From positions 768,001 to 832,000 of the forward strand of contig CAVZSV010000004.1 of NCBI GenBank assembly GCA_963778115.1: a DNA stretch of 64,000 nucleotides, written 5' to 3'. The notes beneath the pieces are model-generated. The model did no database searches and had not been told where the DNA came from. It saw only the letters and a list, made by a program, of their open reading frames with translations. A program made the position numbers and the translations under genes. Shown one piece after another: positions 18,201-32,099 of this stretch (positions are counted from its first letter, which is position 1; every line of letters begins with the position of its first letter). Source of the DNA: an uncultured delta proteobacterium (GTDB taxonomy: Bacteria > Bdellovibrionota > FAC87 > UBA2466).

Positions 18201-19555
18201 GCATCCTCCGCTAATCGAATTCCGGAAAACTGCCACCGGGATGCCGGGGGATAAAAATTTCTATAGCAAGCGCGAATATGGGATTGGGGAGTCACCGCAC
18301 ATCCTCCACGGAGCACCATCTGGTTGCACATAAATTTGCCGTTGTACTCGCCCAAAGAGCCCTTTGAAGGCTGAAATCCCGGATAAGGGATATAAGGACT
18401 CGACGTCCATTCCCAAACATCGCCCCACATCTGTTGGGGAGTTTCATGGGAAGAGTCGTAATTCCGGTCGTAGGCTTTAGGGTGAAAATTACCCGACTCG
18501 AGAAAGTTTCCAGAACAGAGAACTCTCCGATCCAATGGTACGGCCGTCTCCCATTCCTGTTCCGTCGGTAATCGCTTGCCCGCCCAGCGAGCAAAAGCAT
18601 CGGCTTCATAGTAGCTCACATGACAAACCGGCTCATTTTCATCCAAAGGACTCAGCCCCGAAAGGGTCATGACTTTCCAATCGCTAGTACTGCCTCTTTC
18701 CCAATACAAAGGAGATTGCCACCTTTGTGACTTAATCGTTGCCCATCCTTCGGAAAGCCAAAGTTCGCAATGCTGGTATCCCCCACTCTCCATAAATTCT
18801 AAATACTCACCATTAGTCACTAAGTGCGAAGCCAGAGCAAAAGCGGGGAGATAAACCGGATGTCTGGGGCATTCGTTATCGAAAACAAATCCCTCTCCCG
18901 AGTGGCCGATGTCTTTCAAACCCGCCGAGTAATTTATCCAATGCCGGTCCCAAGCAACCGGTGCGGTGGGGGCCTTAGGCAAGGCGTTCGTATAGCTAGG
19001 CCGAAGGGGATTTTTGGCAAAGACGTTTTTGATATCCATCAGAATAAGTTCCTGATGTTGCTGCTCATGCTGAATCCCCAATTCCACGATAGGAAAAAGG
19101 GAACTCCTAGCTTCCAGAGTCTTCAACAGATCGGTTATCCCTCGGCTAACGTGCTTTCGGTATTCCATGATTTCAGAAAGCTTAGGCCTTGAAAGTAAAT
19201 GCCGGTCCGATTTCGGGGGAACCGAACCTACCGTTTCATAATAAGAGTTAAAAAGAGAAGCGAACTCTGCGCGGTACGGACGATATTTCGGGTTTGCTTC
19301 AGACAAGACAAAGGTTTCAAAAAACCAGCTCGTGTGTGCCAAATGCCATTTCGTGGGACTTACTTCGGGGCTGGATTGCACCATGCAATCCTCCGCCGAT
19401 AACGAGCAGACAAGGGATTCCGTTACCTGTCGCACCTTATGAAACCGGGATACCGCTTCCTTCGAATCCAAAGAAAAACTAACGGTGGGATTGTCGATTA
19501 ACTCTCGCACTAACCGCTCCTGTTGATTGAGAACTCGCGGACCACAAAACCGCAT
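18197..19555 (-). CDS. egtB: Ergothioneine biosynthesis sulfoxide synthase
   Basis: SPTKWHLAHT, HEQQHQE iron ligands, FGE-like domain (RLPTE, GDVWEWT, EYNGKFM, YRNFY..RWQFSGIRLA). Confidence 0.95.
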   Translation of the reverse strand: MRFCGPRVLNQQERLVRELIDNPTVSFSLDSKEAVSRFHKVRQVTESLVCSLSAEDCMVQSSPEVSPTKWHLAHTSWFFETFVLSEANPKYRPYRAEFASLFNSYYETVGSVPPKSDRHLLSRPKLSEIMEYRKHVSRGITDLLKTLEARSSLFPIVELGIQHEQQHQELILMDIKNVFAKNPLRPSYTNALPKAPTAPVAWDRHWINYSAGLKDIGHSGEGFVFDNECPRHPVYLPAFALASHLVTNGEYLEFMESGGYQHCELWLSEGWATIKSQRWQSPLYWERGSTSDWKVMTLSGLSPLDENEPVCHVSYYEADAFARWAGKRLPTEQEWETAVPLDRRVLCSGNFLESGNFHPKAYDRNYDSSHETPQQMWGDVWEWTSSPYIPYPGFQPSKGSLGEYNGKFMCNQMVLRGGCAVTPQSHIRACYRNFYPPASRWQFSGIRLAEDA

Positions 19556-19633
19556 CTTAAAGGCAGCAAAGCGCTCCTTTTGTAGCAGACTTGCGACGAT
19601 AAAAAAATGGGATTACTCGACAAAGCGACTGTA

Positions 19634-20908
19634 TTAATGATTCTGGGGGTTTATTTCGTTTTTTTCATCCCAGAGCGATTCCGTGGGGGGCACCCAGGGG
19701 GGTAACCATTGCGGACATTCTTGGGGAGGATCGTCCAAGGCCATTTCGGCGAAACTCGTCCGTCGCCCGGAACCGTGGCGCAGATCTCGAGCGAAAAGTT
19801 GTCCGTTCTCCTCTTCTATAAAGGGAAAACGGGCAAACTTAAGGAAAGCGGCAAACTCGCAATTGCTATCTCGGTACTTCTTAAGCCGAGCCAAAGGCTC
19901 CTTCCACTCGCCCACCCATTCGATATTTCGAAAATCACCATGAGAAGCTTCAGACTTGGGCATCGAAGCTTCGAGCCCTCGATGAAAACACCGGTCCTCG
20001 GAGACAATATTAGGAAAGGGAGATAAAAGGGCCCGTCTTACTACATAAGACACTTCAACGTTTTCGGTGTCTGTCGTTAACGCAAAAATGTTCCAACAAA
20101 AGGGATTAGCGGGTAGTGGTGAGACAGAGAGGTAGCGAAGGGTTTCTTTCGGAAATGCCGCTTCGTTGGCCTGTCGAAACCGTGCCCTTGCGATTTGAGA
20201 AACTCCCAGAAATAAGACGATGATAACTACAGCGCTTCCCAAGGAGCCAAAAGCACGGGTCCCCATTCGACACCGGAACTTCGCCCAAACGCCACAAAGG
20301 GCAAGTGCCGTCAGAGAAACCACGGTAGCCATTTCCCACGGGACGAAATTGCCCCACCAGCAAAATCCAACGGCAAAGACCAGAAGTGCCGTCCCGAATC
20401 CCCTCACCACTGGAGAAAATTCAGAAAAAATGATCTCCGGCAAAAGGGCAACCCAGATCCAGGGTTCAATGATAAAAACAGCATCTCCATAGTGCCACCT
20501 ATCGTCGAACGGCCAGAACGGTCTCACTCCGTACGAATTAAGACTGTCTAATCCGATGTGGACTAGAAATCCGAGCAAGATGACGCCACCCAGACACCAC
20601 TGCTCTTTGGAAGTACGCCGTTGCCGTTTTCGAATTTGAATCCGACGGTCCACTAAGATCCAAACGGCCGAAAACACCATCGCCATCAGAATGGTATGGG
20701 TATGGCCCCGATGGTGAATGAGATAACCAAGCTTTCCTCGAGTCAGGGGGGCATAGCAAAAATCGAGATCGGGGAGATTATTAGCCAGAACCGAGCTAAG
20801 GACGACGGTCCGTCTAAACTTTTTCGAGGAGTTCGGCAGAAAAGAAAGTGATGCCTCGGCAATTGAAAAACCAAATAACGAGTGGGTGAGGTTATCCATA
20901 AGGTCCAA
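19634..20908 (-). CDS. Inner-membrane metal-dependent hydrolase (YdjM-like)
   Basis: MDNLTHSL, NLPDLD, HHRGHTH, HIGLDSLNSYG..PFWPF. Confidence 0.88.
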   Translation of the reverse strand: MDLMDNLTHSLFGFSIAEASLSFLPNSSKKFRRTVVLSSVLANNLPDLDFCYAPLTRGKLGYLIHHRGHTHTILMAMVFSAVWILVDRRIQIRKRQRRTSKEQWCLGGVILLGFLVHIGLDSLNSYGVRPFWPFDDRWHYGDAVFIIEPWIWVALLPEIIFSEFSPVVRGFGTALLVFAVGFCWWGNFVPWEMATVVSLTALALCGVWAKFRCRMGTRAFGSLGSAVVIIVLFLGVSQIARARFRQANEAAFPKETLRYLSVSPLPANPFCWNIFALTTDTENVEVSYVVRRALLSPFPNIVSEDRCFHRGLEASMPKSEASHGDFRNIEWVGEWKEPLARLKKYRDSNCEFAAFLKFARFPFIEEENGQLFARDLRHGSGRRTSFAEMALDDPPQECPQWLPPWVPPTESLWDEKNEINPQNH

Positions 20909-21018
20909 GCCGTGAAAATTGTGCAGTGTCCGTAGACAGCGCCATCATTATAAGCTAACTGGGTAGCAAGGCCACACTTGAAACTCTTCAATGAAAAGGA
21001 GTTTCAAGCAAAGTGTTC

Positions 21019-21106
21019 TAGTCACCGGGGGTGCCGAAAAGGCTGAGAGAGCGCGAGCTCAACTCCAGGAACCTGATCTGGGTAATGCCAGCGAAGGAAG
21101 CGTGTC
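21019..21106 (+). promoter_or_regulatory. TPP riboswitch
   Basis: GGGGTGC..GGCTGAGA..GAACCTGATCTGGGTAATGCCAGCGAAGG directly upstream of thiC. Confidence 0.95.
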
Positions 21107-21158
21107 ATACTCCTTTAGAGGCTCCTTTCCTTTCCCGTCTCCGGTGTTTGCGTCATAA

Positions 21159-23976
<2,818 letters not shown>

Positions 23977-23980
<4 letters not shown>

Positions 23981-24174
23981 AGATCATCGTAAATGGGAAA
24001 AAAGAGACCGTTGAGAGTATTTTCTTAACCGAAGTCCTAAAGGAGCTAGGGCTCGACGTAAATTTTGCAGCTGTCGCACTTAATTGGAAATCTATTCCCA
24101 AAACGGAACTCGAAAAGACGGCACTCCGCGAGGGAGATCAAATAGAGATTTTAGTCCCCCAATCGGGAGGTTGA
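23977..24174 (+). CDS. thiS: Sulfur carrier protein
   Basis: 65 aa with C-terminal GG. Confidence 0.95.
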
Positions 24175-24175
24175 G

Positions 24176-24970
24176 ATGTGGAAGTTAGCGGAAGTTCAAT
24201 TAAAGACACGATTTATCTTAGGAAGCGCTCAGTACCCATCGCCGGAAGTGTTACACCAAAGCATTCTGGCCTCGGGGGCTCAGGTGGTGACGGTCGCTTT
24301 GCGACGACAGAGCCCCGAAGTCGGAGGGGGAATTCGTTTTTGGGAGGTCATAAAGAGCTGTTTGAAAAGTGTAGAAGGCAGAGTACTTCCCAATACTGCC
24401 CACTGCCGAACTGCAAAAGAGGCTATTTTAACGGCGCACATGGCGCGCGAGCTCTTTGGCACTCACTGGATAAAGCTAGAAGTAATAGGAGACGAAGCTT
24501 CTCTAGCTCCCGACCCCTTTGAACTTGTTGAGGCCGCAAGAGTGCTTTGTCAGGACGGCTTCGAAGTCTTTCCCTATACCACCGAAGATATTGTCGTGGC
24601 CGAGCGTCTCTTGCATGCGGGCTGCCACATTCTGATGCCATGGGCATCTCCCATCGGCTCTGGTCAGGGGCTCATTCATAAATCCGCATTAAGGGAGATG
24701 AGACACCGTTTTCCCGAAGCAACCCTCATTGTCGATGCCGGAATAGGTCGTCCCTCGGACGCCGCTTATGCCATGGAGATGGGATTTGACGGAGTCTTAC
24801 TCAATACCGCTGTCGCCAAAGCTCATAGTCCTGTGAAAATGGCTGAGGCGTTCCGAGAGGGAATCTTAGCCGGAAGAAAAGCATTTGAAGCGGGAATCAT
24901 GGCCCAACGAGAGGGGGCCGTAGCCAGCACTCCGCTCTGTGGTCTTCTCTTTAGCGGAGAGCTTTCATGA
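24176..24970 (+). CDS. thiG: Thiazole synthase
   Basis: LPNTAHC, WIKLEV, MPWASPIGSGQG, DAGIGRPS, AMEMGFD. Confidence 0.97.
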   Translation: MWKLAEVQLKTRFILGSAQYPSPEVLHQSILASGAQVVTVALRRQSPEVGGGIRFWEVIKSCLKSVEGRVLPNTAHCRTAKEAILTAHMARELFGTHWIKLEVIGDEASLAPDPFELVEAARVLCQDGFEVFPYTTEDIVVAERLLHAGCHILMPWASPIGSGQGLIHKSALREMRHRFPEATLIVDAGIGRPSDAAYAMEMGFDGVLLNTAVAKAHSPVKMAEAFREGILAGRKAFEAGIMAQREGAVASTPLCGLLFSGELS

Positions 24971-26442
24971 AAGCTCCCGTGGCTTGGACTATTGGGGGTA
25001 GCGATTCTAGCGGAGGTTCTGGCATCCAAGCAGATTTAGAAACGTTCCGCTCTTTCGCAGTGCATGGGGCCAATATAGTCACCAATGTCACTGCCCAAAC
25101 GGCGAGTGAACTTCTCGCCGTAACTCCCGTTCCCCTTCCCGCCATAGAAGCCCAGATAACGGCATTGGAAAAACAATTTCCTGCTCAAGCTATTAAAATA
25201 GGAATGTTAGCAAATAGCGAGTGCGCTCGTTTGGTTTCGCAGTGTCTTAAGCGAAGCCAGTCTCCAGTGATTTTAGACCCGGTACTTGCCACAGGGGGAG
25301 ACCATTCTCTTTCTGATAGTAGCCTTCCCGAAACTCTTCGTCGTCAGATGGTAAGACTCTCTACCGTTTTTACCCCTAATCTGAAAGAGGCCGAATTGCT
25401 CTGCGAACGGCCGATTCGAAATGCCGACGAAATGGAATCGGCTGCCCGTCTGCTGCTAAGTGAAGGGGCAGCGTCAATTCTCATCAAAGGGGGACATAGC
25501 AACGATCCCCAGACGATTCGCCATTGCTGGAGGAGCGGTGGCCAGACCCTTTGGATCGCAAAGCCTCGGATAGCAACTTCACGCCTTCGAGGAACGGGCT
25601 GCACCCTCTCTTCTGCCATCGCAAGCGGACTCGCCCTTGGGCTCGATCTTTTGGATGCCATCATTCTAGCCGAGGTCTTTGTCACCCGATCGGTCAGAGC
25701 CTCGCGGAAGATAAATTCCGAAATCAGTTTTCTAAATCGCCCTTTGGTGGCGGAATCCGATTTTACTCCCGAAGATCTGCCCGGCCTTTGCGACGAGAAA
25801 GAAGCGTCCTCTTTAGTTTTCCCCTCTCTCTCACCAGGCGACTTGGGATTTTACCCTTTGGTCGATAGCGCTGAAAAGGCAAAGCAACTAATGCGGTGGG
25901 GTGTCAAAACCATTCAACTTAGGATAAAAAATCTCAAAGGTTCTGAGTTATTTTCCGAAATCCAACGGACAGTCGATTTTTCAAAGCAGTTTGATGTCCA
26001 ACTCTTCATAAATGATTATTGGGATCTCGCTATTCAAGCGGGTGCTTTCGGAGTTCACTTAGGACAAAGCGATCTTTCCAAGACGGCACTTAGTCAAATT
26101 TCGCAAGCAGGTCTGAAGTTAGGCATCAGCACTCACGGCTACGCGGAACTTGCCCGAGCAAACTCCATAAGACCGTCCTATATAGCTATCGGCCCTGTCT
26201 TCTCGACTGCCTCCAAGAAAGTCGAAACTAGCCCTTTGGGACTTAGGCGTTTTAGCTGCTTGCGACGTCTAGTGGTTTGCCCCGTCGTGGCTATCGGAGG
26301 CGTTACTCTAGACACCAGTAGCTCCGTCATCGCAAACGGCGCCGATTCCATTGCGCTCATCAACGATCTGACAAACATCCCTTATCTTGAGGGACGGGTG
26401 ATGGAGTGGATGAACCGATTCACACCGAGCGCAAAAGTCTAA
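24967..26442 (+). CDS. thiDE: Fused HMP(-P) kinase / thiamine-phosphate synthase (ThiD-ThiE)
   Basis: GSDSSGGSGIQAD, TPN, KGGH, GTGCTL, then QLRIK, INDYW, GVHLGQ, GISTH, VAIGG. Confidence 0.92.
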   Translation: MKAPVAWTIGGSDSSGGSGIQADLETFRSFAVHGANIVTNVTAQTASELLAVTPVPLPAIEAQITALEKQFPAQAIKIGMLANSECARLVSQCLKRSQSPVILDPVLATGGDHSLSDSSLPETLRRQMVRLSTVFTPNLKEAELLCERPIRNADEMESAARLLLSEGAASILIKGGHSNDPQTIRHCWRSGGQTLWIAKPRIATSRLRGTGCTLSSAIASGLALGLDLLDAIILAEVFVTRSVRASRKINSEISFLNRPLVAESDFTPEDLPGLCDEKEASSLVFPSLSPGDLGFYPLVDSAEKAKQLMRWGVKTIQLRIKNLKGSELFSEIQRTVDFSKQFDVQLFINDYWDLAIQAGAFGVHLGQSDLSKTALSQISQAGLKLGISTHGYAELARANSIRPSYIAIGPVFSTASKKVETSPLGLRRFSCLRRLVVCPVVAIGGVTLDTSSSVIANGADSIALINDLTNIPYLEGRVMEWMNRFTPSAKV

Positions 26443-26497
26443 ATTGACGCAGTGAGCAATCTTTGTTAACCAAAGGCTCACTTATCGGGGTAACGAA

Positions 26498-27199
26498 ATG
26501 AAAAAAGCTTTGTTTTTAGCAGTCTTAGCTATCTTTGTGCTCTTTCCTCAACCGGCACCGGCCAGGGCGTTTCTACTAAAGTGTGCCCAGGGAGTTCGAA
26601 ACGCGATATCCCGTGCTTGGACGCTTCATCAAGCTAGAAAGCATGGGAAGTCTCCTGTCCTCACGGTAGGAGAGTCGAAGCTCCCCTTTGATATATTTTT
26701 TGGCGACGATAACACCGTTCTGGCCTGGCCAACCAATGAACCCGAAATTACGACCGTCATCGATTTCATCGATTCTTTTTCAGAGTTTCTCTTAGCGGAT
26801 TCTAATTTCTCCAGTCTGTCCCCTGAAGCCCGCGATACGGGATCTTTAAACTATTCGTTGAAAAAAGATCCTTCTGGGAAAATAAGCCACTCTCTTACTT
26901 TTTCCGATTCCCATCAGTTCCGAGCTTTCTCCTATTTGATGGAATCGCTCACAATAGGCGACATCGTCAATCTTCGATACGATTATGGAGCCTCCACCTC
27001 TCAAAGGATAAGCATCACTTATAATATCGTCGGAAGCGGGCGAGGACCGGAAATCACCCTCTTAAGCCACGATCCTTTCAGGGAAGAGACGTTACGCTTC
27101 GCGTTGGAAACTCACGCGGATCTCAAGGAAAAGGACAGGGCACATTTGCACAGCGCCGATCTTACGGCTTTGTTAAAGATTCTAAATTCTAGGAAATAA
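26498..27199 (+). CDS. Secreted hypothetical protein
   Basis: Signal peptide MKKALFLAVLAIFVLFPQPAPA; the 233-aa ORF fills the gap. Confidence 0.65.
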   Translation: MKKALFLAVLAIFVLFPQPAPARAFLLKCAQGVRNAISRAWTLHQARKHGKSPVLTVGESKLPFDIFFGDDNTVLAWPTNEPEITTVIDFIDSFSEFLLADSNFSSLSPEARDTGSLNYSLKKDPSGKISHSLTFSDSHQFRAFSYLMESLTIGDIVNLRYDYGASTSQRISITYNIVGSGRGPEITLLSHDPFREETLRFALETHADLKEKDRAHLHSADLTALLKILNSRK

Positions 27200-27281
27200 G
27201 CGGAGTCCTAAAGGAGCGCTCCTTTATACAACGTGCATGCCCGGACAAGGACAAAGCCAGTTCGACCGGAAACGTTATCGC

Positions 27282-29066
27282 CTACTCCGTCGGAAACCGG
27301 CAAATAAACATTGCCCCAGCTCCCGGCTTACTTTCAATCCACGCCCTGCCCTCATGGCGCTGCATGATGTGTTTCACAATCGCAAGTCCTAGTCCAGTAC
27401 CGCCCTGCTCCCTAGAGCGGGCTTTATCAACACGGTAAAACCTTTCAAACAAGCGCGAGTGATGTTCGACGGGAATTCCGGGACCTGTGTCGATAACCTT
27501 TAATAAGACGTCGTTTCCTTCACGCTCCCACCGCACGGTCACTTGCCCATTGGCGGGCGTGTACTTATTCGCATTATCGAGAAGATTCACCAAAACCTGC
27601 TCCAAACGCCCCGGATCCGCAACAACCGTAGGTTCCGCAATTTCCACATTTACTCGCTGTGACTTGGCGTCAAATCGCGGCTTAAGTTGGGTCGCGACAC
27701 GATTGGTTACCTCTTCGGTGCTAAGCGACTCCTTCTGCAAAATATGATCAGATTCAATAGAAGAGAGATCCAAGAGATCTTCCATCAGATTCATGAGGCG
27801 GTTCGAGTTTCGGGCGATAATATTAAGAAACTCTTGGGAAGCCGATTTCCCCTGTTTCAAGTCTTCAATTAACGTTTCGGCATAGCCTTTAATCGACGTC
27901 AGAGGCGTTCTTAATTCGTGAGAAACGTTAGCCACAAAATCGATTCGCATCTGCTCTGCACTTTTTAGCTCGGAAACGTCATGGAAAACGCCAACAGCAC
28001 CGTAGATAGATCCGTCTTGACGTCGCAAAGGAGCTACCGAAAGCGAGAAGAAGCGTCTTAAGCCTTCCCCCTGTTCGATCGCAATCGTTCGAGTGCCACC
28101 CAATCTTCCGTCGCGAAGGGCTCCTGTGAAAGCTTCGAGAATTTCTGGGTCTCGAAATATTTCCCACAACTTGATGTTCTTTTCACGAATTTCCGATCCG
28201 CCGAACAGCAATTGAAACCGGGTATTAAAAAATAGAGGAATGCCCTCCGGATCCACCGCTAAAATCGCATCCGAAATAGCTCCCATGATAGTCGTCAATT
28301 CCACTCGCTCGGCGTCAAGCGATCTCGCTTTGGCTTCGAGATCTCGTCGAATATTGTCGATGTTGGATTCCAATTCCGACCACTCGCCGAAAGAATCGGT
28401 TTCCACCTCTTCCCGAGAAAGCGCATCTGGACTATGAGTCAAAAGACGTTGGGTCTTTAATAGGAGCCGTCCAATAGGAAATACGAGTTTTCTTCCGGAC
28501 CATATCGCAAAGCCCCCAAAAAAAAGTCCGAAAAGGGTGAGCATGAACCCCAGGGAAGTGTCGTAGAGCCCCACGGTTTCATTGAATTCGGAAAGAGGCC
28601 CCGCCGCTCGAAGGACCAATTTCCTGTCGGGCAAATAAAGGGCTCCATAATACATTTCGGTGCGCAAGGTACGGCTGTAGCGGGTCCCCACACCAAACTT
28701 TCCTTGAAGCGCACTTATTATTTCCGGTCTATCCAAAGCCGTATTGACTTCGTTGCTGTCCCGGTAGGAATCGCAAATGACATTTCCCTGTTCGTCAAAA
28801 ATACTAAATTTTAAAGAGGTCCCTTTAGAGGTACTTTCACACCATCTTTCGGAGATATTCGTGGGCAAAGTACGCGCGACAATGGTTAGCGTATCTTTGA
28901 GTTTGTCTTCGAGCTGACTGAAAAATTGTCTTTTGTAAAAGTAACGGGCCGTTAGCCCCGAAGCCGCGAGGGCCAAAAGTACCAGGAGCGCTTGGAGCAG
29001 AACCACCCGAGTGAAGATTCGCCACGGAAAAATAGTAGAGTCGGAAAGTCTCCGATCCGAACTCAC
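27282..29066 (-). CDS. phoR: Phosphate regulon sensor histidine kinase
   Basis: Two TMs, PAS, DFVANVSHELRTPLTSIKG, FERFYRVDKARSREQGGTGLGL; GTG overlaps the phoB stop. Confidence 0.93.
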   Translation of the reverse strand: MSSDRRLSDSTIFPWRIFTRVVLLQALLVLLALAASGLTARYFYKRQFFSQLEDKLKDTLTIVARTLPTNISERWCESTSKGTSLKFSIFDEQGNVICDSYRDSNEVNTALDRPEIISALQGKFGVGTRYSRTLRTEMYYGALYLPDRKLVLRAAGPLSEFNETVGLYDTSLGFMLTLFGLFFGGFAIWSGRKLVFPIGRLLLKTQRLLTHSPDALSREEVETDSFGEWSELESNIDNIRRDLEAKARSLDAERVELTTIMGAISDAILAVDPEGIPLFFNTRFQLLFGGSEIREKNIKLWEIFRDPEILEAFTGALRDGRLGGTRTIAIEQGEGLRRFFSLSVAPLRRQDGSIYGAVGVFHDVSELKSAEQMRIDFVANVSHELRTPLTSIKGYAETLIEDLKQGKSASQEFLNIIARNSNRLMNLMEDLLDLSSIESDHILQKESLSTEEVTNRVATQLKPRFDAKSQRVNVEIAEPTVVADPGRLEQVLVNLLDNANKYTPANGQVTVRWEREGNDVLLKVIDTGPGIPVEHHSRLFERFYRVDKARSREQGGTGLGLAIVKHIMQRHEGRAWIESKPGAGAMFICRFPTE

Positions 29067-29761
29067 TCTGCTTTCACCCGATAACCGACACCGCGGATAG
29101 TTTCCACAACATCGGAGCAACGTCCGAGCTTCTTGCGAAGGCCAAAGACATGGGTGTCTATCGTGCGATCCACCACCGTCACCCCTTCTCCTTGAACCAG
29201 ATCGATTAGCCTCTCACGAGTTAAAACGCGGCCCCGATTCTTAACCAGAGCCAAGAGAAGTTTGAACTCGCTCGGGGTTAACTGAACGTCTTTCTTGCCG
29301 CAGGTGACCTGATACGTTTCTGGATCAAGCTTTAGCTCGCCGATGTCGTAAGTTTCACCGGGCGTCTCATTAGAGAGTATCGTCCGCCGCAGGAGGGCTC
29401 GCGTTCTCGCCAAGAAAACAGGAATCTCGAAGGGTTTGGTAATGTAATCATCCGCTCCCATCTCAAGGCCCACTACGATATCCGAAGTATGCGCCCGCGC
29501 GGTTACCATGAATATGGGCATTGCAGGCGTGGTGGCCTCTCGATTGGCTCGCAACTTTTTGCACAATTCCAATCCCGAGAGTCCGGGCAGCATCCAATCC
29601 AAGACCACCAGATCGTAACGGTTTTTTTCCAACAGACTCAGGGCATCTTCCCCATTTTCGACACTGGAGACATCATGGCCTTCTCTTTTTAAATGAAGGC
29701 CTATCAGTTCGGAAATGTCCTTTTCGTCTTCCACCACCAGAATATTTGCTTTTGCGCTCAT
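29063..29761 (-). CDS. phoB: OmpR-family response regulator
   Basis: VVEDE, LDWMLPG, GADDYITKPF, TIRGVGY; located between phoU and phoR. Confidence 0.92.
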   Translation of the reverse strand: MSAKANILVVEDEKDISELIGLHLKREGHDVSSVENGEDALSLLEKNRYDLVVLDWMLPGLSGLELCKKLRANREATTPAMPIFMVTARAHTSDIVVGLEMGADDYITKPFEIPVFLARTRALLRRTILSNETPGETYDIGELKLDPETYQVTCGKKDVQLTPSEFKLLLALVKNRGRVLTRERLIDLVQGEGVTVVDRTIDTHVFGLRKKLGRCSDVVETIRGVGYRVKAE

Positions 29762-30435
29762 TTAGTCCTCAATTCCGATTTAGGAGTATGACGGATGTCC
29801 TCTCCTGAAATCGTAAAGATAACATCCTCAGCGATATTCGTTGCATGATCTCCGATGCGTTCCAGATTTCTCGCGATAAGTATGAGGTTTATCCCTTGTT
29901 CAAGGATGGAAACATCCTTTTTTATCTGCTCCAAGATATCTCGAAAAATTTTATTCTTTAAAGCGTCTACCTTATCATCACGTAAGCACACCTCTCGGGC
30001 CGATGATTCGCTGCCCCGAACAAAAGCATCAATCGAATGGCGCACCATCCATTTCACTTCGTCCGCCATTACTGAAAGATCGGCCACTTGAATCAAAGCA
30101 GGAACTTTCAAATAGTATTCGGCATTGTTGGCAATGTTCACCGCTTGATCGACCATCCGCTCCATCTCTCCGTTGATCTTAATCACCGCCAAGATAAGCC
30201 TAAGATCGCTCGCCAGCGGCTGTTGGGTAGCCAGCAACTTTATGCACTCGGCGTCGATAGCCAGGTGACTCTCATTCACCTTTTGCTCGATCTGATGGAC
30301 CTGGGCGATGCGATCTACACTTCGAGCCCGCCACGTTTGGATAGCGTTGTCGATGGCCACCTCGACATAGCCTCCCATCCCCATCAAGTGCTGCTTTAAT
30401 TCTTCAAGACCGACATCTAACGTCCGTTGGGTCAT
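29758..30435 (-). CDS. phoU: Phosphate signalling protein
   Basis: [33 protein letters not shown]. Confidence 0.95.
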   Translation of the reverse strand: MTQRTLDVGLEELKQHLMGMGGYVEVAIDNAIQTWRARSVDRIAQVHQIEQKVNESHLAIDAECIKLLATQQPLASDLRLILAVIKINGEMERMVDQAVNIANNAEYYLKVPALIQVADLSVMADEVKWMVRHSIDAFVRGSESSAREVCLRDDKVDALKNKIFRDILEQIKKDVSILEQGINLILIARNLERIGDHATNIAEDVIFTISGEDIRHTPKSELRTK

Positions 30436-31199
30436 CCAAACTTTCCTGTAATATACCGCTCAGTGCGCTTTTCCTTCGGAACCGTGAACATGACCGAAGT
30501 TTCGCCGAATTCTACCATCTCTCCCATAAGAAAAAAGGCTGTTTTATCTGAGATTCTGGCAGCCTGCTGAAGGTTGTGCGTTACGATGACGATGGTAGTC
30601 TCTTTCTTTAATTCCGTAATTAACTCCTCAATTTTCGCGGTACTTATCGGATCCAAGGCACTGGTAGGCTCATCCATCAAAAGCACGGGGGGCTGAACCG
30701 CCAACGCCCTTGCGATACAAAGGCGCTGCTGCTGTCCGCCGGACAAACTTGTTCCCGGATGGGAGAGTTTATCCTTCACTTCGTCCCATAAAGCGGCATG
30801 CATAAGACTGCGTTCCACTATTTCCTTTAGAATGCTGCGACGCCTAACTCCCGCTAGCTTCAGTCCTGCGGCGACATTGTCGAATATACTCATTGCCGGA
30901 AAAGGATTTGGCTTTTGAAAAACCATCCCGATCTTTCTTCGGATTACGACCGGATCGACATCGCGTTCGTAAATATCCATGCCCTCAAGTACCACATTGC
31001 CCGTGGCGGTGGCTCCCGGAACCTCTTCGTGAAGGCGATTTAGGCAGCGCACAAAAGTAGATTTTCCACAGCCGGAAGGGCCAATGAGAGCGGTTACGGT
31101 GTTCGGCTTCACGCGAAGATTTATCCCTTTGAGGGCTTGAGTCTGCCCGAACCAAGCGTTCAGATTATTCACCGTCAGCAAGTCTCTGTCTTCCAGCAC
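30432..31199 (-). CDS. pstB: Phosphate ABC transporter ATPase
   Basis: [46 protein letters not shown]. Confidence 0.97.
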   Translation of the reverse strand: MLEDRDLLTVNNLNAWFGQTQALKGINLRVKPNTVTALIGPSGCGKSTFVRCLNRLHEEVPGATATGNVVLEGMDIYERDVDPVVIRRKIGMVFQKPNPFPAMSIFDNVAAGLKLAGVRRRSILKEIVERSLMHAALWDEVKDKLSHPGTSLSGGQQQRLCIARALAVQPPVLLMDEPTSALDPISTAKIEELITELKKETTIVIVTHNLQQAARISDKTAFFLMGEMVEFGETSVMFTVPKEKRTERYITGKFG

Positions 31200-31211
31200 G
31201 AACCTGTTCTC

Positions 31212-32099
31212 CTAATCTCTTCCCGCGGTCGGAACCGGGCGCAATATCAAACGCGTTATAATGTTCACCGCAAAAACAAAGAGGATCAAAACCAAAGCTC
31301 CCGCCCAAGCTTGTCGATGGAGATCCTCGAAAGGCGATATCGCATAGTTGTAAATCTGCACCGGAAGCGAAGCGATCGGTTGATCCAATGCCTGGTGCCA
31401 GTAGTTATTTCCTAAAGCGGTAAACAAAAGAGGGGCTGTCTCGCCAGCAACGCGCGCTACGGCTAGCATAATACCCGTGGTAATTCCTCCGAGCGATCCT
31501 CTCAGCACAATCCACAAGATGACTTTCCAGCGAGGCAGTCCCAATGCAAGACCCGCTTCTCGGATATGCACGGGAACGAGTCGAAGCAACTCTTCAGTAG
31601 TGCGGGCCACAATGGGAACCATGATAAAGGCCAAAGCCACACTGCCGGCAATTGCCGAGAATCGCCGCATCGGAAGGACCAATAACACGTACACAAAAAG
31701 GCCCATGATGATAGAAGGCACACTCGTCAAGAGATCCGTACAGAAACGAACCCATCGTCCTAAACGTCCTCGCCCGTACTCGGAAAGAAAGACACCGGTG
31801 AGAATTCCCCAGGGAATTCCGACCAGAGAAGATAATAGAATAAGAATCGCAGTTCCTACCAGCGCATTGCCCATTCCGCCGCCGGTCTCTCCTACGGGCT
31901 TGGGTAGCTGGGTAAAAAAATCCCAGTTTACCGATGGGAATCCTTTGGTAAGCACATATCCGAAGACATAAAACAGAGCGAGTAAAGCGATCCCTGCCGC
32001 AAGCCCAATACAAAAGATGGCAAAGAGGTTTAGAAGCTTTCTCTTGCGAAACCCTTGGGCTAGCAGCGAGTTAAGGTCTCTGTTTAAGCCTGCCGTCAT
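31212..32099 (-). CDS. pstA: Phosphate ABC permease
   Basis: SVPSII.GLF, REAGLALG, ARVAGETAPLLFT; ATG overlaps the pstC stop. Confidence 0.96.
   Translation of the reverse strand: MTAGLNRDLNSLLAQGFRKRKLLNLFAIFCIGLAAGIALLALFYVFGYVLTKGFPSVNWDFFTQLPKPVGETGGGMGNALVGTAILILLSSLVGIPWGILTGVFLSEYGRGRLGRWVRFCTDLLTSVPSIIMGLFVYVLLVLPMRRFSAIAGSVALAFIMVPIVARTTEELLRLVPVHIREAGLALGLPRWKVILWIVLRGSLGGITTGIMLAVARVAGETAPLLFTALGNNYWHQALDQPIASLPVQIYNYAISPFEDLHRQAWAGALVLILFVFAVNIITRLILRPVPTAGRD

Noticed and set aside
18197..19555. Selenoneine synthase SenA instead of EgtB
   Set aside because: No SenB or SelD neighbours; it is coupled to egtD.
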